The notes beneath the pieces were generated by a model. The model did no database searches and was not told where the DNA came from. It saw nothing but the letters and a program-made list of their open reading frames with translations. Both the position numbers and the translations under genes were made by a program. A stretch of DNA of 64,000 nucleotides from Antedon mediterranea. Lineage: Eukaryota > Animalia > Echinodermata. Shown one piece after another: positions 26,101 through 38,289 of this stretch. The stretch lies in the NCBI RefSeq assembly GCF_964355755.1, contig NC_092673.1, positions 24,425,648 through 24,489,647 on the forward strand. Reading direction: 5' to 3'. The number at the start of each line of letters is the position of its first letter. Within the stretch, counting starts at the first letter, position 1.

Positions 26101-26148
26101 AAAAATACACGAACTTGAAGTTGGTGTTTTTAATCGTACAGCAACCAT
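14068..26148 (-). CDS. Whole gene model: secreted Notch/fibropellin-like protein with a signal peptide and 35 EGF repeats, 1391 aa, 9 coding exons
   Basis: Exons 26148-26035, 25136-25094, 23257-23208, 22810-22648, 22418-20745, 17096-16981, 16548-16293, 16122-14407, 14111-14068. All introns GT-AG, all phases compatible, and EGF domains split across introns are restored on joining. Confidence 0.85.
14407..16122 (-). CDS. EGF gene coding exon 8 (1716 bp; end of EGF20 to EGF35)
   Basis: Within ORF 14378-16204; acceptor ttttcttcgccag, donor G|gtacga; calcium-binding EGF consensus D(I/V)(N/D)EC.S.PC.NGG.C throughout. Confidence 0.95.
16293..16548 (-). CDS. EGF gene coding exon 7 (VNDFQCLC...YTCYCNP)
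   Basis: Acceptor ttttttaacag, donor G|gttagt; translates to EGF repeats in a frame not listed in the ORF track. Confidence 0.92.
16690..16812. mobile_element. hAT-type MITE (123 bp) in an intron
   Basis: TIR CAGTGACGTAAC/GTTACGTCACTG with perfect 8-bp TSD GGTGCTGG (16682-16689, 16813-16820). Confidence 0.85.
16981..17096 (-). CDS. EGF gene coding exon 6 ((A)VNSFSCFC...ATCVDK)
   Basis: Acceptor tctgttttccacag, donor AAG|gtaagt; completes EGF17 begun in exon 5. Confidence 0.92.
18047..18223. mobile_element. PIF/Harbinger-type MITE family B (TIR AGCTCTGTCTACACTATCAAACT); partial neighbour at ~17900-17990
   Basis: 3' TIR gatagtgtagacagagct and internal gtgatgtgccc..tatg repeats. Confidence 0.7.
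18763..18896. mobile_element. PIF/Harbinger-type MITE family B
   Basis: agctctggctacactatcaaact ... agtttgatagtgtaggcagct. Confidence 0.75.
18909..19108. mobile_element. hAT-type MITE (200 bp)
   Basis: TIR CAGTGGCGTAAC/GTTACGCCACTG; 8-bp TSD CATACACA/CATACACG. Confidence 0.85.
20745..22418 (-). CDS. EGF gene coding exon 5 (1674 bp; end of EGF2 to the middle of EGF17)
   Basis: Within ORF 20716-22521; acceptor tcttccacag, donor G|gtaggc. Confidence 0.95.
22648..22810 (-). CDS. EGF gene coding exon 4 ([10 protein letters not shown]...CHCSPGFI)
   Basis: Acceptor tttgtag, donor G|gtaagt; EGF1-2. Confidence 0.92.
23208..23257 (-). CDS. EGF gene coding exon 3 ((D)[16 protein letters not shown])
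   Basis: Acceptor ttttgcag, donor CAA|gtaagt. Confidence 0.9.
25094..25136 (-). CDS. EGF gene coding exon 2 ([14 protein letters not shown]), basic linker
   Basis: Acceptor ttttcag, donor G|gtgagt; phase 0 in and phase 1 out, exactly bridging exons 1 and 3. Confidence 0.75.
26035..26148 (-). CDS. EGF gene coding exon 1, signal peptide [38 protein letters not shown]
   Basis: AAGATGG start context, hydrophobic core followed by small residues (TLG-S), donor AGG|gtaagt; candidate acceptor for this exon at 26605. Confidence 0.78.
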
Positions 26149-29100
26149 CTTACAAAGTAATTTGTTAAAAAATCCATAAAGACGAACAAATAATTAAATT
26201 TACTCAATTAAAGACACTGTTAGCAAAGAATCCATTGTTTTTTTTATTTATCCGATTGTTAAAGCAATTAAATTGTAAACAAACTGTCATGTAATGTCCT
26301 AGCTCAATAGTAGAAAGTTTCTGCCTAAAGTTAATATTTTCAATGAAAGCAGACAACGTGTTGATAACTCCGCCCATAAACAGCTCATATTGTTGATATA
26401 TCCATACGCGTCAGAATTGTTTAGTATCTTGTGTAATCACGCGTGTGAATCTGCTGACAAATCAATGATCCAATAAAATAGTTCCAGGTGTGTACAGATA
26501 CACTTTTACTTAGTTTTAATTCCAAAGTTGTAATATAGGTTAATCGAAGGTGTTCAGCGGGTCAAAAGTTAACTGTGAGGTCATAAATTCCGACGGTGTA
26601 TCTAGCTGAAAAAAATAATAATTAAGACGCATTTTGTTATTCGTGTATTGAGTGATTATCTAGACGTTCTAATAACTTTCGACACATTCATTACACCTCT
26701 GCTTGCCCGTTGGCGGCAGTGCCTCTATGCTGTCTGTTTAATGAATAGTCTGCTAGTATTAAAACGGAACCAGACGGACGAGAATAAACAAACCCAATAA
26801 AACCGCTATGCAATAGTCTTTATTTTAAACTATTCTACAAGAAAAAAAGAATAGACTTTGTTCAGTAGGGGGTCAAAATGAATCAAGTCGAGTGTCATTG
26901 TTAACCTTTCAGCCTCTTTTCTTGTAAGGAATTTTTCAATTACAAAGTAAAGTCCCAAATGATTATTGTTTGTAGACCTACTGTATATTATAGGACCTAC
27001 TGTTTACAAATAGGCCTAATATTATTCAGTACATTCCGTTTAAATTGTAACATTACATTGTTCACTTTCTTCTAACTATAACATCGTTTTTAAATGACAT
27101 GTAATTAGTTAGGCCTATATGAACTGCAATTCATTCTAATTACCAAACTTCCTGTAACAAAACGTATTAAAATATAGCCAAGGAAAACTGAAAATTCTGT
27201 CTGACACGATTCGAAAGACATTCCATATCAGGAATGAACCCGATTAATCGTTGTCTAGATGGAGGCCAGTTTGTTACAAATAAGCCGTCAATTTCAGATA
27301 TTGCTGCTGCGCAAATCATCATTTTATGCGCCGGGCTTAACAGCGAAACGACTTGCTGAAATATTATAGTTTGGCCTATAGGCCTACATAATATAATAAA
27401 ATTAACATACCTCGTTAACTTAACCGCTGTGTTTCGTTAAGTATAAAGTAACCAGGAGAGTGTAGGTATAATATCATAATAACTTCATGCAAATAGTAAT
27501 ACTGTTTAAAAGAGTATTTTCTGTATGTTTTATCAATCATAATTGTTTAGGCCTATATTGTATTTTGGACACAACAAAGTGTCCCCTGAATAGAAATGTC
27601 CTCGAAAGATGAGTATGCTACTGTATGATAGTTTATAGTATATTTTGTATTCCGAATGTTAGTAGGCCTACAGCTTATTAAACTACAATTAGTCTTAATC
27701 ATGGATGAAATAAAGACCTAGTGTGAACATAAACTTATTCATTGGGTTGATTGACATAAGAAGTGGGGCTCACTACGCTGTTTACACGAGATGCATAACA
27801 TTATTTCCGATCATAGGAAGTGTCTGCCAATTTCTTATTTACATTTTCCACAATATTGTTTAAACGCAGGTGTATTATTTGATGGTACATTATCCAGATT
27901 TCCATTCCATGTGAACATGTACACGCGACGATGATGTGAACACATGACATCGTGTGAACGCATACACAAATACAAAGACAAACGGAAGCCCAAGTGAATT
28001 CATAAAAACAATTCTCTAAGCCTACCTAGATTTATTTTACATCTTCCCGAGTTATTGCAAGCCTCGAACTCCCTATATCATTATTTGATATTAGACCTAT
28101 CGCAGTTTAGTTCAGTTGTTAAAACAATTTATAATACGAAATTATGTATGGGGTCTACCTCCTTGACTAGACCTGCCCTGTGACTTATACCTGGCTATAC
28201 TCGCATTATAACTCAAGTTCAACCTTATAAGCAGCTGTATAAGGAGATTTTAATTGATACAGGAAAAATCGTATTTTATACAAAAAACATTATACGACAT
28301 TTGACATTGCGGAAAGCCTATTACATAATAATGCAGTCTGTTGCTTTAGTTTATCGCAAACACTGGCGTTGCTAATAATATATAGCATAAACTCAACATC
28401 AAAGAAGAAAAGTTTAAATGAAAATAAGTTAAATTGAATAAATATATTTACCAAAGTACCAAAACTCGTCGTGTAAGTTTCAGGTATATATGTGTTTAAA
28501 TAGTTAATTACAGTTAAGAAAGAGTTTATGATAATCCTATCAACATTCTCCAATGAGATATGATGATTATTTAGTGGATATATTGAGAAAAAAAAATGTT
28601 GATTCCTCCATAGTGGATGAGAGACCAATCAGGAGACCTTCAAGTGTTTGTTTTAAACATTTAAGCATAAGAAATACCAAAATATAACCAACAATTTATT
28701 TTATTACTTTAGGTCTACTGTATTGAGAGTTTGCTGTCAGTTTGTGGATTTCCTTGTCAATGATATCGACTGGATTTGGCCTTTTTCGTTTTTCTTTTCT
28801 TTTTTTTTGTAAAAGAGGAAATTTAATACTGAATTAAATATGTTACGATTGCGTATAGACACAGGTCAAATATGTCTACATGGAGTTAATTGAACTAGGG
28901 AACCAAACGTTTTAACTTTAAAATCAGGTACCGGTACGCTAATAGGACCTAAGTATGTATAGCATTACAGAAGTTTTAAAAAACAGGTGAATGTTGTGGT
29001 TTTTGATTTATTCTCTCAAAGAAATTTACATAAATTTGGAATTGTATTTTAAAAATATTCTGATGTATCGACGCGCTGAATATACTGTAGTTTACAATAG

Positions 29101-29475
29101 TTTACAAAATATTATCAATGTCCTTGTTAACGCCACTAACTGAATTAATAATTAGTTTAATTTTTAAGTCTACCAATCTTTTATAAAATAAAACCATTAA
29201 AGTACACGTTGAAACAAAGTATTAAAATGCCTACAATTAATAAAAATGTAAATTAAAATAATACAATTATGTTTTTTCAATGTCTACTCTTTAAATCAAA
29301 TTGTGTTCCATATGCCATAGAAAAATAAAAACCAAATTAACATAATATAACTACCTGTAGGCCTATAACCTAGATTTGATTAAACAGGCTTACGCTAACA
29401 TACTGCACCTTGAAAAAGACCGATTCCCCCCCCCCCCCCTTCCCCTTCGTAAGATAGAAATATCAATACACTCAC

Positions 29476-29660
29476 CAGATTTAATTATGTGTTATTTGAC
29501 TGTATTAATCATCCAAAAGCAACAATATTATTCCTTCTTCTAAATGTCTTCCCACGCTTAATGTCTCAACCTATTCCTCTGTCATTCAGACAGAAGTGTT
29601 TCCATAAACTGTATCAAATTCAAAACTTTCCAGTAAATATGACGTCATGCCACGTGCTCG
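29476..29660 (-). promoter_or_regulatory. Candidate non-coding first exon and promoter of the EGF gene
   Basis: Donor CTG|gtgagt at 29476; CRE TGACGTCA (29640-29647) next to CCACGTG (29650-29656). TSS not determinable from sequence. Confidence 0.35.
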
Positions 29661-31109
29661 TCATGGTTCAATGAAGGTTCAGTATGAATTTGAGTGGAAA
29701 AGGGAGTAACGTTTCTCTTTCTGAAGTTATCTTCTAAAATAATTACTGATCTGAATATGGTGTCCGGTCTTTTAGGCCCATAAAAAAAGTGATATAATAA
29801 AGATTTTCCTTGAATTGCAATATGTCTGCGTTTGTTCTTAACTTGAATTTGGCAATCGAGGAAATTAAAAATTACTTTATAAATAATACTGTAGTACTTT
29901 GTTTTCTCCAATAAGTGCATTTACTGTACATTTTCTATTATTGTCATATTCAATATACATTGACGTAACAATGAAGAATCCCTCCTTTGCTGCGAAACGA
30001 ATAAGAGGAAATCATTATGTTTTAAAACCCTGTCACGTCCAGACCCAGCACATTTTAAAATGGTATAATCTGCATGCAAGACATGACATAAACGTTTAAC
30101 TATTTTTTAAATACACAGGCCTTCCGTGTTCTGCCATAACATTATTGTAATATTACATCACATGATAGAGTAGCAAAATATTGATTTATCTATTACTTTT
30201 GTTTTTTTTTTAATCCGAACTTTCGGTTTAGAACAATTATTATTATTTAAACGCTGTATGAAAATGCACTATATAAAATTTAAACGAGCTTATATATGTG
30301 ACGTAGGCCCTATACATATAAATAGAACCCCTTCCCATAGAACGGGGAAATACCGTATCTATGTTTTAACACAACACTTCAGCGAGCCTATCCAGAAGAC
30401 ACCCCAAAGGGAAGTACACCTTTTTGAGTCATGTACTCATAATAGTGGTTTCTTACAATAAGTTTATACGGGTGAGTGAATTTCACATGTTTAACCACGC
30501 TTTCTGCAAAAATATAACTATAATTTTGAGCCAATAATTATCAGAAATTTAAAAAAAACCTCTTCGCTTGTCAGTTATACATAATTATCATTAAAACTTG
30601 GATAATAACCTTTATAAACAAATTAGACCTATTTGAAAGTCATGTTCTGCTAAAACAGACATGTAATTATTACACGATATATGCTGCCCGATAAGTTTCC
30701 GTTTTCTCTAATTAACACTATTTTTACTCCTTAACTTGCCCGCCTTAATTATTTATCCAAGCAGACAGGATCCGAAGGTAGTCTGACTAGTGCATTTTGT
30801 TTCATTTTTACAACTTTTAAATAGAATACTTGACTATATTCTCGATAAGAACAACTCCCAGTCCACACAGCTATGAGTACCTGGTTAAAAAAAATAGTAG
30901 GGAGTAGGGGTAAGGGAAGTGTTCATCCCACAACAACATAATGTACAATAGGCCTACTTTACACGTTCAGAATAAAACTGGATCTTAGCATTTTTCGTAT
31001 TCGTATTTAATGTTATATCTTGGGATGGGTCAAACTTTCTTTATAATATGACCCTTCCCCCACATGATTACTTCACTGTATTTATTATCCTGTATATTAT
31101 TGTGTATTG

Positions 31110-31440
31110 TAGAGTGGAGCTGTGGCTTGGTGGTTATGATGCTTGGCTACCAATCTAAGGGTCCTGGGTTCAAGTCCTGTCATATGTCAGGGTTTTTTTC
31201 TCATGACAATTTACAACTCCACTCCCAAAGACTTATAATAAGTCTTTGTCTATGTAGAGCATCTTGTGTATATGTTTGTCTTATATGTTCTAGTGCAGTA
31301 TTTGGAGAGCCATCTCGATAGTGCTTTGCACTCCTGGCAATCCTCAGGGTGCTGCACCGATGTATTGTCATGTATTGTTGTGCCTGAAAATTGAATAAAA
31401 AAAAATATAAAAAATAAAATAAATAAAATTGAATTGAATA
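31110..31440 (+). mobile_element. tRNA-derived SINE (second family)
   Basis: A box TGGCTTGGTGG, B box GGTTCAAGTCC, LINE-like 3' tail ending in AATAAA, an A-rich tract and (TTGAA)n. Confidence 0.75.
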
Positions 31441-32302
31441 TAACGGACGAGTAGCGTATTGGAATACAACATTGTTATCATTTGTATCTGACATCCCAAG
31501 ACCACCCCAAGTGGATTAAACAGATATCATAGGCCTAATAGTTTAATCCTTAATCCTTATTAATAGGATATACTTGATACAGATTTACTTTGAATTACAT
31601 TACAACCCTCTTGAATTGATTACCACATTTGGATAATTACAAACATACTTTGTGGATATTTCTGTCATTAATCTGTTAAAAGTATCATTCCAGAGAGACC
31701 AAATTATATATGTTTTTCTCATGAGAAATGTTTTTGTTGTAAAATTTTAACTTCATTCTGCGTTTAATTGATAGGTACATTTCTGTTTTTTTCTGTTAAT
31801 TGTCTAGGCCTGCGGTCAAGAAATACAATACAGTTTCTTTAGAGATAATTACCAAAAGATCCAGTGAATTATTTAAGGTAATATAAAACTAGCATAACTT
31901 TATGTTTTCTTTGTATAAATATTGCTTCGTTCCTTAATTTAGAGTTGCCCTTTTATTTCATATTTTAAGGACTCGCAAAAATGTATACATAGGCCTATAA
32001 ATTGTTGTTTTCCCCTTGTAAAAAAAATAATTTGGTTTCCTAAAAAATGAAAACGTGGAAATAGGCCTATACATAGTTTTTTTTGTTGGTATTAGAGCAG
32101 TGAAAATTAGTGATGAAATAAATAGGCCCTATTGTAAGGAACTTAATCAAATTACAGTATTTTAAATGCCTGTTTAATAAATAGAACTTTAATAGAAATT
32201 GTTATGATTAAACATAATTATATCATTCTCAAAATTCGAGTAAATACAACAGTTAATATTTCAAAATAATAAGCACTATTTTAGTGGTAACCGTTTCTCC
32301 TA

Positions 32303-32359
32303 TTATTTGATATCATATGTCATTAACAATAATTGTTAATGACATATGATATCAAATAA
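32303..32359. repeat. Perfect palindrome with 28-bp arms and a 1-nt spacer
   Basis: ttatttgatatcatatgtcattaacaat-a-attgttaatgacatatgatatcaaataa. Confidence 0.95.
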
Positions 32360-33599
32360 ATTCATAATAATTTCATAAGCCTCTTTGTCGTTATACAGTA
32401 AAATGACGTTTATAATGAAAACTAATTATATCAAATACATAAATTGTGCCTCATAATTATATTTTATAGTTAGTCGGAAACCAAGTTAGCGCTACAGGAA
32501 ACGGAAAATCACAGGAGAGGTGTATGTTAATTTGTTTAAAAAGTCAAAGCAATATTAATGCATTTTGTATGGTCATCTCCTCGTCATAAATTTAGAAAGT
32601 GTACGTTTTTTAAAATAAAATAATGATATTAACAATGTTAGGATGATGATTGATTATTCTTGATCATGATAATGAAGTAATATGACATTGATTATGATAA
32701 TGATTTTGATGTCACGTATCTTGTTGCTTCTCTTGGGCACCACCATTAAGAGGGGACATTTTCTAGGCAAAAGAATGAATATTTTTTTACACTATAGACG
32801 GTCAAACCCTAATAAGGGGACACCCCCAACGAGAGGACACTTTGTTGGGTCAATATAGTTTTTCTACATAATGTGGTACGACGTAGGCACCGCCATTTAG
32901 TTGCTAAAACACCTCGTTCATTTCGATGCCTAAGTTGCTCCTGCCAAATGATGGACGTAAATTACAATAGCAAAGATATCTAGATCTGTTTCCACTTTTC
33001 ATTGTATTGGACTTTTAATTTGAATTAATGTATTATTAATTGATTGACGCAAACTATGTGATGACGTCAACGTGGAGGGTTTGTTTTGCCTCCATTTAAT
33101 ATATACGAATTGTTAACATCAATCATTTCCATTCCATATCAGCGTCCCCCGTCTAACCCCATTGAGATACAAATGTTGTTTACATTACAAACCGTTAAAA
33201 GCATTTGTCATCATATACTGTTGTCGCTTGATTTACATTAATTTGACATTTATTGCATTTTAATTGGTCTAACCAGGGAAGAGTTAAATTAACTCTTCCC
33301 TGGTCTAGCCTAGCATCATTTATCTATTCTCGCCCACAGGTTAACCTATTTATTACTATTTGCTTACAGTTACATGAAAATAAAATATATAATTTACGAT
33401 TACGTACAATTTATTATGTGTTACATAAAATATCTTTGTCGACTATAAATATAGGCCCTACAGGTATTGTCATAATATCAAAGCATACCAAACAAATGTT
33501 TTTTTTTCGTCCCTATGCCATCTCAGTACGATTAGTAAAAACGTAACAATTGAAATGTTTCCATGCAATATGTTGGCAAAAAGTACACAGCAAAATTTG

Positions 33600-35238
33600 A
33601 AATTCTAAGCAAGAAAAAAAAATCTTGTTTTAAGAAAAAATTCTTAAAATAAGTATTTTTTTTCTTGTCAAGATTTAAAATTACTTAAAACAAGAAATAA
33701 TTTTCTAGAAAAGACACATTTTCTTAAATTAAGTTTTGCAATATTCTTGAAAATGCTTATTACAAGAAATATTTTACTTAAAATAAGAAGTCAATATCAT
33801 TCTCTTCTTATTAAGAATAGTTTTGCTTAAAACAAGATTTGAAAATACTTAATTTGAAAAGTATTTTACTTAAAATAAGAAATCTATATTTTATTTATCC
33901 CTATCAAGAATAATTTTTCTTAAATCAAGATTGATGAATTATAAAAATTACTTAAAACAATCAATATTTTTCTAGGTAAGACAAAGTTTCTTAAATTAGG
34001 TTTCGCAATAGTCTTGAAAATACTTGTTTTGAGAAATATTTTACTTAAAATAAGAAGTCAATTTCACACTACCCTTATCAAGATTATTTTTACTTGAATC
34101 AAGATTCGCAATATTCTTGAAAATGCTTATTACAAGAAATATTTTACTTAAAATAAGAAGTCAATATCATTCTCTTCTTATTAAGAATAGTTTTGCTTAA
34201 AACAAGATTTGAAAATACTTAATTTGAAAAGTATTTTACTTAAAATAAGAAATCAATATTATATTTATTCCTATCAAGAATAATTTTTCTTAAATCAAGA
34301 TTGATGAATTCTAAAAATTACTTAAAACAATAAATATTTTTCTAGGTAAGACAAAGTTTCTTAAATTAGGTTTCGCAATATTCTTAAAAATACTTATTTT
34401 GAGAAATGTTTTACTTAAAATAAGAAGTCAATATCATAATATCTTATCAAGACTATTTTTGCTTAAATTGAGATTCGCAATATTTTTAAAAATACTTATT
34501 TTGAGAAATGTTTTACTTAAAATAAGAAGTCAATATCATAATATCTTATCAAGACTATTTTTGCTTAAATTGAGATTCGCAATATTTTTAAAAATACTTA
34601 TTTTGAGAAATGTTTTACTTAAAATAAGAAGTCAATATTATACTATCTTATCAAGACTATTTTTACTTGAATCAAGATTCGCAATATTCTTAAAAATACT
34701 TATTTCGAGAAATGTTTTACTTAAAATAAGAAGTCAATATCATACTATCTTATCAAGACTATTTTTGCTTAAATTGAGATTCGCAATATTTTAAAAAATA
34801 CTTATTTTGAAAAATGTTTTACTTAAAATAAGAAGTCAATATCATACTATCCTATCAAGACTATTTTTGCTTGAATTCAGATTCGCAATATTCTGATTTT
34901 GAGAAATGTTTTACTTAAAATAAGAAGTCAATATCATACTATCTTATCAAGACTATTTTTACTTGAATCAAGATTCGCAATATTCTTTAAAATACTTATT
35001 TTGAGAAATGTTTTACTTAAAATAAGAAGTCAATATCATACTATCTTATCAAGACTATTTTTGCTTAAATTGAGATTCGCAATATTTTTAAAAATACTTA
35101 TTTTGAGAAATGGTTTACTTAAGATAAGAAGTCAATATCATACTATATCCTATCAAGACTATTTTTGCTTGAATTGAAGTCAATTCTATTTTAATATTCT
35201 TAAAAATACTTATTTTGAGAAATGTTTTACTTAAAATA
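33600..35238. repeat. Left subterminal array of the CACTA element: ~370-bp higher-order unit (33740, 34110), then ~8 copies of a 102-bp unit (34399-35238)
   Basis: ttgagaaatgttttacttaaaataagaagtcaatatcat recurs every 102 bp (34399, 34501, 34603...). Confidence 0.92.
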
Positions 35239-35674
35239 GATTGTCAATATCCTTATATTCACACAACGGTATAGAGCAGTTAGCACTTCAGTTTCAACTG
35301 ATGAAAGAATCTGGGTAATCGAACTGTTTGTGCTTTGAATAATCGATTGCACTGCAACCTAGAGAAAATAATATTGATTTAATATTTTTTATATTCAAGT
35401 TTTAATATGTTTAAAAACTAAGTTGTACTTTAGTTGGGGAGCTATGCAGCCTAACAAAAAAATGTTATTTGTAACAATGAAATTGGTCACAAAAAAATGC
35501 AACATAAACTTAGAGTGTATAATGCCTAGGCCTAGTACCCAAGTCCTATAGTTACTATAGCTAATAGTCCTGTATAATAACAGTACCAGCAAGGCATAGG
35601 AAATAGACGTATTTCTCTAATAAAAAATAGTTTAAAATGCATAATTGTTGTAATTTTAAAGCAAAATGGCTTAC

Positions 35675-36180
35675 CTGTGGAATCTTGTTTCTCTCCTTTA
35701 ATTTTAGTAGAAAGAAATCAGCATTTTTTATACTATTATCTGCTTGTTCATCCTCTAGTTAGTAGGCCTTCTTGCTGAGCATCAACAAGATAATTAATAT
35801 TAAACAATCATTAACAGTATAACAATACTAGAATTATCACTACTACTATCGTCAGTTGATAAATCATCCCCGTTATAATAGTTTTTTTCTTCATTAACTT
35901 CGTCAGTCTCCTAGTCTAGGCCTAGTTCTACTTCATCCTCAATTGGCATCCTCGTTTTCTCCAGGCATACTTATATACTGATATTTCCATCGTCAACTGC
36001 AGGAGGTTGCCGATTGTTATACTCGTCCTTAAAATGGCGTCTTATGACATGCTTGTAAAACGAATTGTAAATTCCAAAGCTTGCCGGGCAGCGAACCACC
36101 AATTCCACATGTTACTCGAAAATTCGGAGTATTTCCATGAATTGAATTATAATGCCTTAGCAAATAGGGTAGCAAATACT
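35675..36180 (-). pseudogene. Remnant 5' part of an EnSpm-type transposase gene (C2H2 fingers, acidic tract, FLLKLKE motif)
   Basis: Manual translation LRHYNSIHGNTPNFRVTCGIGG/CPASFGIYNSFYKHVIRRH (frameshifted), a D/E/S-rich stretch, then KNADFFLLKLKERNKIPQ|gtaagc. No catalytic region found. Confidence 0.6.
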
Positions 36181-36565
36181 GTACCTACTTCAGTTTACTG
36201 GCACCAACTTATCGCTTTTTTCTGACTGCAACAAACATGTGTCATTATTATTGTCTGTCGTATTACTGTTGGTCCAGACGTTTTATAGATTTGCTTTAAC
36301 CACCATGGAGGTTTATACCTCCATGCTTTAACGTTGAGCAGTATAATGACCTTATACATTCTGGGTAAAAGGCCAGCGATAAATGTTTGGTTATAGTTGA
36401 AAAACAACACTGTGTGTGGTCGATGACCTAGCTCCCGGCGGGATCATGGCCAACGGTTTTTTAAAGTAATCATTCAAAAATCTAGAGTTTGTAAGTAAAA
36501 GACACCTTTCATCGCAATTTATATATTAAATGCTTCAATAGGCCTAGTAAGATTAGTCTAATATA

Positions 36566-38067
36566 ATGTCGAAGGAAGACGCTTTGTTGAAGATCCGAGA
36601 AATAGATGAAGAAGTGGCCAACATTTTAACAGGTTCGTAGGCCTAATAATTATATTTTAATCTGCCAGCAGTCTAGGCCTAGCCTAGGGCTAGGCTCCTT
36701 CCTAGTTAGTAATACTGTAGGCCTGGAACTAGTAGGTCTAGGCTAGCCTACTATGCCTTTTCTGACGGACAGGTGTATAGGTTTAGTGAGGAAAATACGT
36801 GTAAATATTGTGTACGTATTTTTAACAGCTTGGTTCGACTCAAGCTAGTGTCATGCACTCCTCCCTTTGACAACTAAAATTAAATAAATGACTTATGAAT
36901 ATTAATTTTTGACATATTAATGCTCTCCTGGCCAGCCCACCCTTTCCCCTTCCTTTTACATTGACCACCTACAAAACTGTAGGCTACATTATTAAAAATT
37001 TGAGCTACAGTATATCAAGTTTATGTCCATACATTATTCCACTCATTTAAATAAATTTATATAATATAATGTTTTCAATTTGTTATTTTTGGTTAGGTTC
37101 AAAGATAACCCATATGTTGTCAAATCTGTCAAACATATTTGTTGGGAAAAACTCATCAAAAAAAGTCTGCCGACCTTGAAGGTATTTTTAGTGTTTTTTA
37201 AAATTTAAAATACAAGTAACATTATGTACATTAAAAAAAAATATCTTAAAGTGTTTTTTTTAAATCAAATTTATCTTAGCTTAAAATTCGAGGTATATAC
37301 TATGTTTACAATAATTTATTAAAATCAAACAATTAAACAAAATTTACATTTAATTGTATGATTGTTATTATAAACATTGATACGGAATAAAAACATCAAT
37401 CAGGATTGAACACCGTTTTGCGTATTGTCTTCCTAAATAGTAATATTAAAAATAAATTTAGACCCTAATAATTTAACTAAAAATAATAGATACAGCCAGG
37501 CCTGTCTTTGGGATCGGTATAAACAGGGCAAAGTTTGTGATTAAAAAGTTCAAATGCATATTCCACCCACCCTTATGTCTTATAATGTAAAATTATTCTT
37601 ACCACCGTTCTAATATTGCGTCATGTTTTTGTGTTTACCGCCCCAGATATAGGACTCTAAAACCACACCGTACCCAATTAGTTGATGATGTTACACATAT
37701 TTAAAATACAGTAATAACTAAAACTATATTAATCTCTTTTCATTTTTAGGAACATGAATAAAGATCCAGAATCCTGGTCTTCACGCCGATCAGGTAATAT
37801 GCCGGTATTGCTTTTGGACACAGAAATGGCCTACATTAAAGTTTAGCAAACAATTCTAACTACAAAGAAAGCAAAATTAGATGAGGCTCTAGTTACTCTC
37901 CTCTCCACTTTTTACCTTCTGGATTTCGATTATCCAAAATGAAAAGAAGTACTGTAGGCCTCACTATCCTTTAACAGTTAGTGATTTGTGATGAAAACAC
38001 ACCTGTACACTTGACAAAGGCTGTTGAATCATCATTAGTATACATTAATAAATTTAAAGACACCTAA
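36566..38067 (+). pseudogene. Remnant second (accessory) gene of the EnSpm element, SAMD3-like; pieces at 36566-36632, 37097-37181 and 37751-38067
   Basis: MSKEDALLKIREIDEEVANILT|gt; FKDNPYVVKSVKHICWEKLIKKSLPTLK|gt; ...AYIKV*QTILTTKKAKLDEALVTLLSTFYLLDFDYPK* with in-frame stops. The Al..l...fY.ld..YPk motif is recalled from SAMD3-like/EnSpm ORF2 proteins. Confidence 0.55.
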
Positions 38068-38289
38068 TAGTTTAAAGCCTAGGTGCGGGAGAAGAATTTT
38101 ACGAAATTTGTATTTTACCATTTTAATGTTTTTAAGTTTTCTTTTGATGGCATTTTATTATTAATAAAAACAAGTTTGTTTTAAAGAAGTTGTATATATT
38201 ATTGTACCTAATGTCATGTAAATTGTAGTTCTTAATGAAAATAACAGTATTGTTAATATTATGTTTTATAACATTCTTGAATTTATTTG

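Noticed and set aside
14068-26148. Calling the gene Notch, fibropellin or crumbs
   Set aside because: No LNR/TM/ankyrin, CUB/avidin or LamG sequence before the stop, so no gene symbol was assigned.
31110-31185. tRNA gene (also 49821-49900)
   Set aside because: A and B boxes are present but there is no convincing cloverleaf, and both continue into SINE bodies and tails.
34399-35177. Repetitive Leu/Ile/Lys ORFs (also 38419-39481)
   Set aside because: By-products of 102-bp and 63-bp units being multiples of three; they are broken by single-base indels.
35298-35330. CTGATGA as another hammerhead core
   Set aside because: No paired stem II and no GAAA at the expected position.
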